A DNA stretch of 63,808 nt, counting the filler, from Octopus bimaculoides (taxonomy: Eukaryota), in the NCBI RefSeq assembly GCF_001194135.2. It is 5 parts of 4 records of this genome, joined end to end, with 100 filler letters (N's around TTAATTAATTAA, not from the genome) between each part and the next. Parts side by side here need not be neighbours in the genome. Positions count along the whole stretch, not along the records: positions 50,221 to 61,297 come from NC_069006.1; positions 61,398 to 63,808 come from NW_026425120.1; 3 more parts are not named here. One strand, 5' to 3'. The notes under the pieces were generated by a model, which saw only the letters and a program-made list of their open reading frames with translations, searched no databases and was not told where the DNA came from. Both the position numbers and the translations under genes were made by a program. This document shows positions 51,736-63,700 of the stretch, in pieces; positions within the stretch are counted from its first letter, which is position 1; each line of letters starts with the position of its first letter.

Positions 51736-51979
51736 ATGGTTATTCATTCAGTTTCTTCTGAATTAATCATACATTATCTCATACTTTTGAGATCTCAGTG
51801 ACTGTATATCGTAGGGTAGGTGTGAGAATAACTGTATATCATGTAGGGTAGGTTAGTTAGAATATGAAGCTGCAGAATGTTTGGGACGGATATGGCCAGT
51901 TTAAATACTAAAGGGTTAAACGTTTATTTTTCATTTCTTTAATTTTACATTTTTTATTTTATTTATTTATTGTTTGCTT

Positions 51980-52083
51980 CTCAGCTATATGATTCTGAGT
52001 TCAGTCCCACTGTATGGCTCTGGCACCCCCCAACCAAAACCTTGTGAGTGGATTTGGTAGGCAGAAACTGAAAGAAGCCTGTT

Positions 52084-52114
<31 letters not shown>

Positions 52115-52122
52115 CGCGTGTA

Positions 52123-52166
<44 letters not shown>

Positions 52167-52790
52167 CTGTATGTGTTTGCGTTTGTCCCCCACCATTGCT
52201 TGACAACTGGTGTTGGTTTGTTTATGTCCCTGTAACTTAGCCATTCGGCAAAAATAGACCGACAAATTAAGTACCAGGCTTAAGAAGTACTGGGGACGAT
52301 TCTTTCAACTAAAAGTCCTTGAAGGTGATGCCCCAGCATCCATTATTAGTCTTTAACTCGTTTCAGTCTAACGACTAAAAGAAGTACCAGACAAATGGTG
52401 CCGGAGTGGCTGTGTGGTAAGAAGCTTTCCTCCCCACAACATGGTTCTGGGTTCAGTTCCACTGTGTGGCACCTTGGGCAAGCATCTTGTACTATAACCC
52501 CTCGGGCCAACCAAAGCCTCGTGAGTGGATTTGGTTGAGGAAAACTGAAAGAAGCCCATTGTGTGTGTGTGTGTGTGTGTTTGTGTGTGTCTGAGTTTCT
52601 CCCCCTCCAACATCTCTTGATAATCGATGCTGGTGTGTTTATGTCCCCGTCAACTAGCGGTTTGGCAAGGGAGGCCAATAAAATAAGTACTAGGCTTACA
52701 AAGAATGAGTCCTGGGTCAATTTGTTCAACTAAAGCAGTGCTCCAGCATGGCCGCAGTCAACTGAAACAAGTAAAAGAATAAAAGAATAG
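51980..52790 (+). mobile_element. Two head-to-tail SINE family A copies (about 51980-52395 and 52400-52790)
   Basis: The second head GGTGCCGGAGTGGCTGTGTGGTAAGAAGC directly follows the first copy's 3' end. Confidence 0.92.
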
Positions 52791-53039
52791 AAAATACGTG
52801 GACGAAATTAACAGAATTTGCATGATTTTGAGTGTCTAATATCTGTGCCTTCCATGCTGCAATCATTTTAGTTTCAATTCCTGGTCTCAGATCAAATCAC
52901 CTCCCAGACAAATGCGTCTCTGAATTTTTATTTTATTTTGTTTTTTTATTCCTGTTATCATAAACTAAATCTTTTGATAAGGAAGTGAAATGAGAGAGGC
53001 ACAAAAGCATCAGATAAAATACCAGGTGATGTTTATTTT

Positions 53040-53420
53040 AACTTCCCTGTGTTTACTGTGTCATCATTACTATCTCCTTGCAAATACTGGGGTCGATGTA
53101 ATCGACCGACCAGCACCACCCCCCCCCACTTCCAAATTTCATACTTTGTGCCTATAATAGAAAGGGTTACGATCTCCCTGCAAGGCAGTGAGCTGGCAGA
53201 ATCGTTAGCATCCTGGATGAAATACTTAGCGATATTTCACCTGTCGCTACGTTCTGAGTTCAAATTGCGCCAATATCGTCTCTACCTTTCATCCTTTCGG
53301 GGTCGATAAATTAAGTACCAGTTGAGTACTGGGTAGGGGTCCATGTAATCTACCAGTCCCCCACCCCTGCTCTTCCAAATTTCATACTTTGTGCCTATAG
53401 TAGAAAGGGTTACTATCTCC
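53040..53420 (+). mobile_element. SINE family B cluster with a repeated 3' unit
   Basis: CCAAATTTCATACTTTGTGCCTATA(A/G)TAGAAAGGGTTAC(G/T)ATCTCCCTGC occurs twice around a full head at about 53190. Confidence 0.85.
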
Positions 53421-53664
53421 CTGCTCTTCACCCCTATGCATCATTGATTACCCTCCACGCCCCACACCCACCAACACTTGTTTATATTTGTGCATGGATG
53501 AATGAAATACTGACTGAAAATAAACAAACTTATTACTAATTCATCATCATCATCACCATCATTATCATCATCATCATCATCACCATCGTTATCATCATCA
53601 ACATCATGATCATTATCATCACCACCACCACTACAACCATCACCACCATCATTGTTGTTGTTGT

Positions 53665-54060
53665 CATCGTCCTTTAATATCTGTTTTCTATGCTGGCATG
53701 GGTTGGATGGTTTGACCAGAGCTAGCAAGCCGGAGCGCTGATTTGGTTTGGTTTCTACAGCCGGATGCCCTTCCTAACGCCAACCACTTTGCAGGTGCTT
53801 TCACTGTGCCACTGGCATCAGCACTTCTATGTGGCACTGGTATAAGTGCTTTTGCTGTGGCACCAGAGCAGGACTCTTGCAGGCCAATTCTTTTCACCAG
53901 GGAACTGTCCTTAATACTTCTGCTGTGGAGGATGGGTTTTCTTGAGTGCAGTAAATTACCAGGCATCTTGGTCTTTTTTCAAAGTAACCTGGTCCATTTC
54001 TGAGAGATATCAAAACCCTAAAATGGCTTTTCACAGCAGTTTGTCATAAGGGGAAAAAAA
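53665..54060 (-). mobile_element. RTE LINE 3' end
   Basis: Minus strand DQDAW*FTALKKTHP, then the family UTR and a (GAT)n-type tail. Confidence 0.8.
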
Positions 54061-54440
54061 TCTCATTCAAGACCAAAAGCTGTAAAACACCATAATCAGC
54101 TCAGAGCACCCCCTATAGGACTGACATACACATGTATTTCAAACTCAGTGTCATCCATCATTCAATAATTTTGACTGATTTTGTGTCAGAGAAGCTTTTC
54201 TCCCCAGTCAGTGCAGAGCTACCTCTCTTTTGGTATCTGGTGCTGATGAGAACTAAGAGTCTGAAATAAACATATCCATCAGTCCTATAGAGGATGCTTT
54301 GTGCTGACTATAATGTTTTGACATTTTTTAAATCTCAAGTGAGAATTTCTTTCTCTACGACAAGCGACAGTTAAAAATCTTTACATGTTCAAATATCTCT
54401 CAAATATACTTGAACTGGTGTTAAGCTTGTTTAATTGCTC

Positions 54441-54482
<42 letters not shown>

Positions 54483-54916
54483 CAAAAAATATTTCAATAA
54501 AGTGAAATCATTATTAGGTTAGTGTAAGCATATTTAAACCATGGAAACTTAAAAAGTTAATTAAAAGTAGTTATTTGGTGACAGATGAAAGGGTAGACAG
54601 ACAGACAGACAGACAGACAGATAGATAGATAGACAGATAGATAGAAAGGCAGACTAATTGATAGATAGATGGATGGTTGGATGGATGAATGGATGGATAG
54701 ACAGACAGACGGACAGACAGAAGGAGAGACTGACAGATAGACAGGCAGACTAATAGATTAAATGATAGATAGATAAATAGTTAGCATCAGCATATCTGAG
54801 GCAGAGAACATTTAAGTAAAAATCCAATTCAAAATGAATGCATGGTGAGGTAAAAAACGATATTAGTGAATGACTTGTTTCATTTAAAAAATACAAACCC
54901 TTCTTTTATTTTTCAG

Positions 54917-56128
54917 GTCCTCATTGGATGTCATTATTGTTCCCTTGCGTCTAGAATTATCAGCCTATGCTAAACTGTTCCTTTTGTTTACAACTGTGAC
55001 CGTGTACAGAGGTAACTTGTGGAGTTACCAAATGGAAGCAATCAAAAGAAATATTTTTGAGCTCACCAAACAAAAAGCAACGGGTTCAAAACCAGTGATT
55101 TCTGATCTTTCACCATCTAACAGAACCAAGCGCAGTAGCTCCAGTTTGGGAGAAGGTTGTCAAATACAGCAAATTGCCAACAGGAACCCGAAAAATCCAG
55201 CTTACCAACTGGAAGTATTTGCCCAGAACGACTTCAGTCAGGTAAAGACCTTCTATGCCATTGGTGACCATGCTGGAGGCAACAATGTGGCCGACTGGAC
55301 AAAGATGTCTGAATATAGTGTGTTCATTCCAGTTCTTTTGCCTGGAGGAATTCCTCTCTACTGGACTGTGAAGGTGAAAAATTCAGAAAACTTAGAATCT
55401 GTCACAAGCTGCAAACTTAACACCTATGATTCCAGTGTACCTGATGGCCGATTTGATCCCTCATATCCATTTACCAGTCGTCCAAACACTCTGCGTGGCA
55501 CGGTGATAATTATGGATGACACACCCCTGGTGGAGGAAGGTCGCATAGCAATCGGGTATGGCCCTGGTGACCAGGGAGTACAGGTAATGCCTTGGAGGAA
55601 ATTGAAACTTCAGAAAACTAAAGAACGACCAGACGAGAAAAGTGAACTCAAGTTTTTCACAGTTCCAAAACCAGGTAAAGTGACCAAACCTAGCTTCAAG
55701 AGTTTGGTAACCAAAGACAGCAAAGAATGTTCACATCAATGTATCAAAACTGGTCCGAAATGCCTGTCGTTTGACTATGAAACTGCAACCTCCATTTGTG
55801 ATATGAACGATGTAATTGAGGGTGGTGGAATTGAGAGACGCAGGAGTGGTTCCTACAGCCATTACCAAAGACTTGGCACCACTTATATGACCTATGTCGA
55901 CTTTGATCAGCTCAATTTACATCATGGCACACCTTATTATATAAATGTTGGTGTGGAAAACGAACTGGGTTATAAGAATACGTTGCCATCTGTCCCAATC
56001 ATACCTGATTTTACTCCACCTGAACCTGGACCTGTTGGAAATACTACCCAAGATGTAATTGTTGCGGATGGATGTGAAGCAGCTTTTAATCATCGATGTA
56101 TCGACGTCATTGACACTCCAAACCACAG
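54917..56128 (+). CDS. Internal exon C (1212 nt, symmetric phase 2-2): furin site, FnIII-like modules and PAN/Apple-like domain
   Basis: Acceptor TTCTTTTATTTTTCAG, donor CAG/GTGAGT; 404 codons without a stop; RTKR at 55122-55133; CSHQC...CLSFDY...C pattern; DFTPPEPGPV motif. Confidence 0.95.
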
Positions 56129-56682
56129 GTGAGTGTTTCTTCTTTTCTATTTTTGTTTTGGCTTACTGGGTCTTGGAAAAAATGTATTCCCTATGGTTGA
56201 TGCAGGTCGTACGAAACTGATGGTGACATATATGTCATAAACGTTTTCTTTTCTCTCTGTTTAAACTGTTGCAAGTTGACATCTGCAGGAGTTCCAGAGG
56301 GAGGGACAATGTTTTAGTGGAAGAAGGAGTAAAAGGTTAATTTAATACATATAGTGTGATTAATGCACCAATTATATATATGTATATATATATATATATT
56401 ATAAACAAGAATGTAAATTTCGAATGCAGCATGGCTAAAGCTAAATGATGGCTTTTGAATGTGACAACATTTTATAAACAAACTTTGTAAGCACCAAATG
56501 TGTTGTATTTCAGAAACAATAATGTAAATTTCAAACACAGTAAAGCTTTAAGAATAACAGAGAAAAATTGGGTATTTATCTTTAGAAGGGAAAAACATGC
56601 TGGCTCACAACTATGCTACATGCGAAATTTGATATCTTGTCTGTAAAATACCAAAATTCACCACTCCCAAAGCTTGTTTATA

Positions 56683-56725
<43 letters not shown>

Positions 56726-56899
56726 CGCGCGCGCATGCGTACGTGCATGTGTGTGTGTACGTCATTAATCAGTTTATTTCAAGATTTCTTGCCAGTAGAG
56801 AAAGAACTGGTTTCAACATCAACGACAAGGTATTTTTGTTTGTATGTACATATGTGCAGATATGTATGTTTTATGTATGATGTATTCTCATGCATATAG

Positions 56900-57235
56900 T
56901 TGCATATCTAGACATGCTAATATATGTTCAAATGATAAACTTCTGGAAAGTTGTTGTGTCGATGCACCCACGCAAAGAAGTAGGATCCCCCAAGACATAT
57001 AAATAGAGATAGTCTGGCCGTGGTAGGTGCATTGAGTAGCAGTCGAGTAGCAGTTGTGTAGTGGTTGAGTAGAGATCATCCGAAGGCGCTGGATAGCAGT
57101 AACTTGAGACATAACAAAGGTTTTACAGATTTTTACAGTTCCAGTGATTGATTGGATCTGTAGTCTTCGTATTAGCTTTCTCCTATCAGGTTTTGAGAAG
57201 CCTAATTTCTCAAGACTGGTATTTGGGCAGTGTGT
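56900..57235 (-). mobile_element. Non-LTR retrotransposon 3' end, clade uncertain
   Basis: NTSLEKLGFSKPDRRKLIRRLQIQSITGTVKICKTF resembles the termini of REL-endonuclease LINEs; it abuts a microsatellite at its truncated 5' side. Confidence 0.5.
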
Positions 57236-57269
57236 TATATGTATGCATGCATGCATGTATGTATGTATG

Positions 57270-57310
<41 letters not shown>

Positions 57311-57490
57311 NNNNNNNNNNNNNNNNNNNNNNNNNNNNNNNNNNNNNNNNNNNNNNNNNNNNNNNNNNNNNNNNNNNNNNNNNNNNNNNNNNNNNNNNNN
57401 NNNNNNNNNNNNNNNNNNNNNNNNNNNNNNNNNNNNNNNNNNNNNNNNNNNNNNNNNNNNNNNNNNNNNNNNNNNNNNNNNNNNNNNNNN

Positions 57491-58960
57491 NAGGTGTGGA
57501 AGCAAGGTTTAGAATCGAAGGGCCTTAGAGTCAACCTAGCTAAAACCAAAGTCCTAGTATGTAGGAAGGCAAATGCATCACAAACCCCTTCAGATAGATG
57601 GCCCTGTTTGATCTCCATAAGATGTACCCAGTGTAAGCTATGGACACATAAGAGGTGCAGCAATATCAAAGGAAGGCTAACTAGCAAGATAGTTTTAGTA
57701 TGTGGCAGATGCTCAAGAGCAATAAACACAGAAAATGTGCAGAGAACAACTTCTGCCACATTCCAGGGAGAAAAACCAGAAGTAGTCGATAGCTTCTGTT
57801 ACCTAGGTGACCAAGTCAGTAGACGGGGAGTGTGCGCTGAAAGTGTAGCTGCTAGAATAAGAATAGCCTGGGCAAAGTTCAGAGAGCTCTTACCTCTGCT
57901 GGTGACAAAGGGCCTCTCACTCAGAGTAAAAGGCAGACTGTTTGACGCATGTGTATGAACAGCCATGCTACATAGCAGTGAAATATGGGCCGTGACTGCT
58001 GAGGACATGCGTAAGCTCACAAGGAATGAAGCCAGTATGCTCCGATGGATGTGTAATGTCAGTGTGCATACTCGACAGAGTGTAAGTACCTTGAGAGAAA
58101 AGTTGGACCTAAGAAGCATCAGATGTGGTGTCCAAGAGAGGTGATTGCGCTGGTATGGACATGTGGCAAAAATGGATGAGGATAGCTGTGTGATAAAGTG
58201 CCACACCCTAGCAGTTGAGGGAACCTGTGGAAGAAGTAGACCCAGGAAGACCTGGGATGAGGTGGTGAAGCACGACCTTCGAACATTAAGCCTCACCGAG
58301 GCAATGACTAGTGACCGAGACCTTTGGATATATGCTGTTCGTGAGAAGACCGGCAAGGCAAGTGAGACCATAACCTGTGGCCTTTACCAGAGGTGTAGCC
58401 AGGCCACTTATGCATATCTTCCCTTCTTTGGACACTAAACTCTGCTTGCGAAGACCTGTTGAGGCAAGTGAAATTGAAATCGCCCCAAATTCGATGACTA
58501 GCACCCGTGCCAGTGGACCACTAACAGCACCATCCAAGCGGGATCATTAGCAGAGCAGCTGACCAGCTTCCATGCCGGTGGCACTTAAAAAGCACCATTT
58601 GAACATGATCGTTACCAGTGTCACCTTACTGGCACTTGTGCCGGTAGCACATTAGAAAACATTCGAGCGAGGTCGTTGCCAGTGCCGCTGGACTGACTCT
58701 TGTGCAGGTGGCACGTAAAAAGCACCATTTGAGCATGGCCATTGTCAGTACCGCGTGACTGGCCATTATGCCAGTGGCACATAAAAGCACCCACTATGCT
58801 CTCGGAGTGGTTGATGTTAGGAAGGACATCCAGCTGTAGAAACTCTGCCAGATCAGATTGGAGCCTGATGCAGCCATCTAGTTCGCCAGTGCTCAGTCAA
58901 ATCGTCCAACCCATGCTAGCATGGAAAGCAGATGTTAAATGATGATGATGATGATGATGA
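57491..58960 (+). mobile_element. RTE-clade LINE, 3' 1.5 kb, intronic and sense to the gene
   Basis: KGLRVNLAKTK...FCYLGD...AWAKFRELLP...LRWYGHV...RPRKTWDEVVK; two in-frame TGA stops; 3' UTR and (GAT)n tail. Confidence 0.95.
58507..58795 (+). repeat. About 65-bp tandem array (5 cores) in the RTE 3' UTR
   Basis: RTGCCRGTGGCAC-N-TAAAAAGCACC cores start at 58507, 58572, 58638, 58702 and 58768. Confidence 0.85.
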
Positions 58961-59119
58961 TTATATGGTTTATAATCATTCAGAAGGAAGAAATAGAATA
59001 GAGATATAGCATTTAATAAAAATTTATCTTCAAAAATTAAACATCCCTTAATGAGGCTAATTTAAATATATANNNNNNNNNNTAAGTGCCTAAGTCAACT
59101 GAATCTTATTTATTTCTTT

Positions 59120-59220
59120 CATCATCATCATCATCATCGTTTAACGTCCGCTTTCCATGCTAGCATGGGTTGGACGATTTGACTGAGGACTGGTGAAACC
59201 GGATGGCAACACCAGGCTCA
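59120..59220 (-). mobile_element. RTE 3' tail fragment
   Basis: CATCATCGTTTAACGTCCGCTTTCCATGCTAGCATGGG is the reverse complement of the family end. Confidence 0.9.
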
Positions 59221-59427
59221 TATATATATATATATACATAATTAACATACCCGTGGAGTGCTCAGCCACTTGCACATTAATTTCACGAGCAAGCTTTTTC
59301 ATTGATCAGGTCAACTGGAACCCTCATTGTTGTAATCAATGGAGTGGCCAGTTTATACACATGGCTAGAGACAGATATAAAGAGATACTCAGCTCTACCA
59401 AAATCAATAGCTATCTCTTTCTTTGCA

Positions 59428-60035
59428 TGCATACATACATACATACATACATGCGTACATACATGCATACATACATTCATACATACATACATACATACAT
59501 ACATGATGGCTGTCCGTGATCGAGGAAGACCAGTGCTCACTTTTAGGAACATTGTGCACTCTAGGACTAACTTATATTTTGCATTTGCAGCTCCATTGGT
59601 GGCTAATGAGCCCTGCTCTTGACAAGGACACACGACTGCAAACATTGCAAACCAAGCTTTCCCCATTCACTACACCAGCAATGCGCTTTTGAGCAGTACG
59701 ATTAAGTTCTTCATGCAGATTATGTGCTCTCTCAAAGGTGTCGACCACCTCCTTAACCTGCTTCCTCCATCTGTGGTGATGACAGGCATTGCTCTCCCAG
59801 TCGGTCTCCTGCATATCACAGGCCTTTAATGAAGACTTGACACAGACCTTAAATCGCAACCTTGGCTCCTGTCGAGGCCTCTTTCCACTAACAAGGTTCT
59901 GAGAAAAGCTGACATCTTGAGTATTGAGGTGATGGTGCACAAACACCGGTTACGTTGGACTGGACACCTTATTAGAATGAAGGGTAGCAGGATCCCTAAA
60001 CAGATGCTATATGGGGAACTTGTTAGTGGAAAGAG
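59428..60035 (-). mobile_element. RTE (BovB-like) 3' end with an inverted 5' segment
   Basis: 59895-59580(-) encodes LVSGKRPRQEPRLRFK...CNVCSR..SRAGLISHQ, then UTR and a (TATG)n tail; 59896-60035(+) encodes LRWTGHLIRM...KQMLYGELVSGKR. Confidence 0.9.
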
Positions 60036-60487
60036 ACATACATATATACATACTAATGGATATATCAGGATTTTTCAAGCAAATACCCACATGATATTTG
60101 TTTGGTATAGAGCTTCAGGCACACCACTATTGCTTCTGATGCTAAAAAATCAGTTAACCAATGTTTTGGTGTACTTGGAAAATGTTTGAACAAGGACGTT
60201 ACTCAAGGCAAATTAGAATGTAAATAAAACCAGCAAAATATGTTTGCTGAAACAAACATGAGAATTAGAAGCATGCGAAGAAATAAAGAGATCCCCAAAA
60301 TAATGATGACAACAATGGTACCAGTGACAAGAGCAGCAGACGGAATGTTGACAAGATGAAATTATGGTGAAGGTCATTGTAATTATAGTAAAGTATGTAT
60401 CAAGTAACGATGTTTATTATTGCATTGGTGGTTATTTAACACACACAAAGACATACGTAGACACACACATACATACATGCATACATA

Positions 60488-60562
<75 letters not shown>

Positions 60563-60604
60563 TATACACACATATATACATATATATATATATAAAAGGC
60601 AGGA

Positions 60605-60638
<34 letters not shown>

Positions 60639-61004
60639 AGTGAATGTACTTTATGCACATCCACAAATTAGCTCGCATGTTGCTCCAATTTTAGGAGGAC
60701 ATTGGTCACGACCATGGATGTGCTTTTGTCAACTTATTTTTCATGAGGCACCCCTGGATAGTGGTAAAAATATCTTTTCAACCATAACTTTCACCAATTT
60801 TCACATCAGTGAAATCCATAAATTTGCTAACATGAGTAAAGTCCCCTGTCCCATTTGATGGGACCTTGATGACTGCTATAAAGCAGGAAAGTATACTAGT
60901 CCTTATATATTTAATGTCCTTATATATTTAATACTCAATATTTAATTTATTCAATAAGACATTCAATATTTCATTTCGTTTTACTATTTATATTCATCAT
61001 AATC

Positions 61005-61297
61005 ATCATCATCGTTTAACGTCCGCCTTCCATGCTAGCATGGGTTGGACGATTTGACTGAGGACTGGTGAAACCGGATGGCAACACCAGGTTCCAATCT
61101 AATTTGGCAGAGTTTCTACAGCTGGATGCCCTTCCTAACGCCAACCACTCAGAGAGTGTAGTGGGTGCTTTTACGTGTCACCCGCAAGAAAACGGCCACG
61201 CTCGAAATGGTGTCTTTTATGTGCCACCCGCACAAGAGCCAGTCCAGGGGCACTGGCAACGATCTCGCTCGAAAGATATCATGTGTCGCCCGCACAT
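61005..61297 (-). mobile_element. RTE 3' UTR/tail, cut by the join
   Basis: Reverse complement of 58700-58960. Confidence 0.9.
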
Positions 61298-61397
61298 NNN
61301 NNNNNNNNNNNNNNNNNNNNNNNNNNNNNNNNNNNNNNNNNTTAATTAATTAANNNNNNNNNNNNNNNNNNNNNNNNNNNNNNNNNNNNNNNNNNNN
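61298..61397. other. Assembly join (44 N + TTAATTAATTAA + 44 N)
   Basis: Same 100-bp structure. Confidence 0.95.
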
Positions 61398-61887
61398 TGC
61401 AAAGGAGTAATTCACTTTGAATTGTTACCACCTAATGCAACAATCAGGCAATTAGAGCGTTTGAACTAAGCTTTGAAGAAAAAAGACTCGCTTTAGTGAA
61501 TTGAAAAGGAGTGATGTTTCATTAGGACAATACGTGACCCCACACTGCAAAGATCACATCATAGAAGATCGAAGAGCTTGGTTGGGAAAAAATTTCTCAT
61601 CCACCTTATTCTCTCTACCTTGCTCCTTCAGACTACCATTTGTTTTGTAGTTTACAGAATCATTTGGGGGACATAACTTTCGCAAGCCAGGAGGAGGTCG
61701 AAACTGACATTTCAGAGTTCTTCGCTTTGAAACCAAAAGAGTTTTACATTGATGGGATTAAAAAGCTTGTAAATAGATGGAAGGAAGTCATAGATAATCA
61801 GGGAAAGTACATTGATGATTAAATTTCAATTAAATATAACTTGTTTTCTTTATTCAAAATTCGAACAGAACTTATCAGATGACCTGA
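61398..61887 (+). mobile_element. Mariner transposon, 3' part
   Basis: HPPYSLYLAPSDYHLFCSLQNHL...GIKKLVNRWKEVIDNQGKYIDD*; TIR-like GAACTTATCAGATGACCTGA followed by TA. Confidence 0.9.
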
Positions 61888-61943
61888 TATATATGTATAT
61901 ATACATACATATATGTACATACCTACATATATATGTATATATA

Positions 61944-63330
61944 TTAGGCTGGCAACTAAGTACCAGTCGTTTTTTAAAATTTTAATTTTTTTAAAGGTTT
62001 AATAAAAAATAACAACTAATTAATCAATAATGTATTCACCCTTGTTGTTTACAACTTCCCAATGTTCTCTTCCTTTTACTCTTTTACTTGTTTCAGTCAT
62101 TTGACTGCGGCTATGCTGGAGCACCGTCTTTAGTTGAGCAAATCAACTCCAGGACTTATTCTTTGTAAACTTAGTACTTATTCTATCGGTCTCAACAAAG
62201 TAAAGACAGATGAAATGTCGCTAAGCATTTCGCCCAGCGTGCTAACGTTTCTGCCAGCTTGCCACCCTTATTTTCTACCTCACTGGTAGAAATCATCTGA
62301 TTTCAACTTAAAAATTGATCCAATCAAGCTCTCAATTCTGCATCAGTATAGAACGAAACTCCACGCATAGCATTTCAACGCACTTCCCAGCCATGTGTTT
62401 GAATGGCTTCCTTGGTCATATTGGCGATATGAGGGTGGGCGTTGTTGTGCAGCAGAACTCCATGCTGACGATTAGGTCTTTTCTCTTGAATAGCCGTGTT
62501 GAGTCATTCCATCTGTTGAAAGTAGAGTTCCGCGTTGACCGTTTGGTTCCGTTCAAGCAATTAGTAATGGATAATCCCTTCCCAGTCCCACCATATGCAC
62601 AATATCGTTTTACGCAGATGAAGATCTTGTTTGATGTGCGGTGTCGCTTGTTTACCGAGGCTAAGCNNNNNNNNNNNNNNNNNNNNNNNNNNNNNNNNNN
62701 NNNNNNNNNNNNNNNNNNNNNNNNNNNNNNNNNNNNNNNNNNNNNNNNNNNNNNNNNNNNNNNNNNNNNNNNNNNNNNNNNNNNNNNNNNNNNNNNNNNN
62801 NNNNNNNNNNNNNNNNNNNNNNNNNNNNNNNNNNNNNNNNNNNNNNNNNNNNNNNNNNNNNNNNNNNNNNNNNNNNNNNNNNNNNNNNNNNNNNNNNNNN
62901 NNNNNNNNNNNNNNNNNNNNNNNNNNNNNNNNNNNNNNNNNNNNNNNNNNNNNNNNNNNNNNNNNNNNNNNNNNNNNNNNNNNNNNNNNNNNNNNNNNNN
63001 NNTGAATTTGGCATACCAATCATGAGCGGTTCTTTCAGCTATGGCACCCTCTCCATACACAGCACAAATGTTGCGAGCAGCTTTTGCAGCCTTTGAACCT
63101 TAATTAAAAGCAAAAAGAAGGAGGTGTCGAAAATGCTCGTTTTTCTTAACTTGACATTTAATGATCTGAAAATAAACAAAAATTAACTAAAATTAACAAG
63201 AAAAAAAACAAAAAATAGATTCCAAAATGATTCAAAAATAGAATTCTTGAAAAAAATAGATTCCAAAATTTTAAAATGCAATGAATTCCAATATTTTAAA
63301 AAAACGTCGGGAACTTAGTTGCCAACCCAA
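61944..63330 (-). mobile_element. Mariner transposon (dead) with SINE A and B fragments inserted at about 62062-62278
   Basis: TIRs TTAGGCTGGCAACTAAGT and ACTTAGTTGCCAACCCAA flanked by TA; HFRHLLLFAF, YGEGAIAERTAHDWYAKF, ILCIWWDWEGIIHY; the YSPDLAP segment is absent. Confidence 0.92.
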
Positions 63331-63379
63331 TACATGCATATATGGGTACAGGATGTCAAAAAAACCTGAACAAAATGAG

Positions 63380-63700
63380 AAATGAGAACATAAAAAACAA
63401 AACCATGGAAAACGAACTTCTTTTTCGAACAACGAAAAAAACAAATAGAGAAACAAGACAGGTAACATAAAGAACATTCCCTTCATCAGTTGTCCCGTTT
63501 TATCTACTCCATGTTTCTAACGTAGGGACAGGACGTGACTTCATTAAAACAGTCATTCCCACGAAGCAAATTTAAAAAATTTGGGATTTGTGGAGGGTTA
63601 AAGTGGTGACAAAAACAAGACAGTGAGAACAAAACAGTAAAAACAAACGGTAAGAGCTGTTAAACTATAATGAGTGAAGTGATGAACGTTGGAGAAATGA
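63380..63700 (-). mobile_element. Unclassified interspersed repeat related to about 11600-11800(+)
   Basis: Shared AACCCTCCACAAAT...ATGAAGT...CCTGTC...CGTTA...GACAACTGA(T/G)GA(A/G)GGG order of motifs. Confidence 0.5.

Noticed and set aside
54243-54280. CTGATGAG...TGAAAT string
   Set aside because: Stem II has a mismatched base and stem I does not form; compatible with chance.
58507-58795. CRISPR-like spacing of palindromic cores
   Set aside because: The intervening segments are homologous to each other, the context is a eukaryotic LINE UTR, and there are no cas genes.
60640-60900. Possible next exon after exon C
   Set aside because: The phase-2 reading from the AG at about 60699 hits a stop, and other frames are incompatible with exon C.
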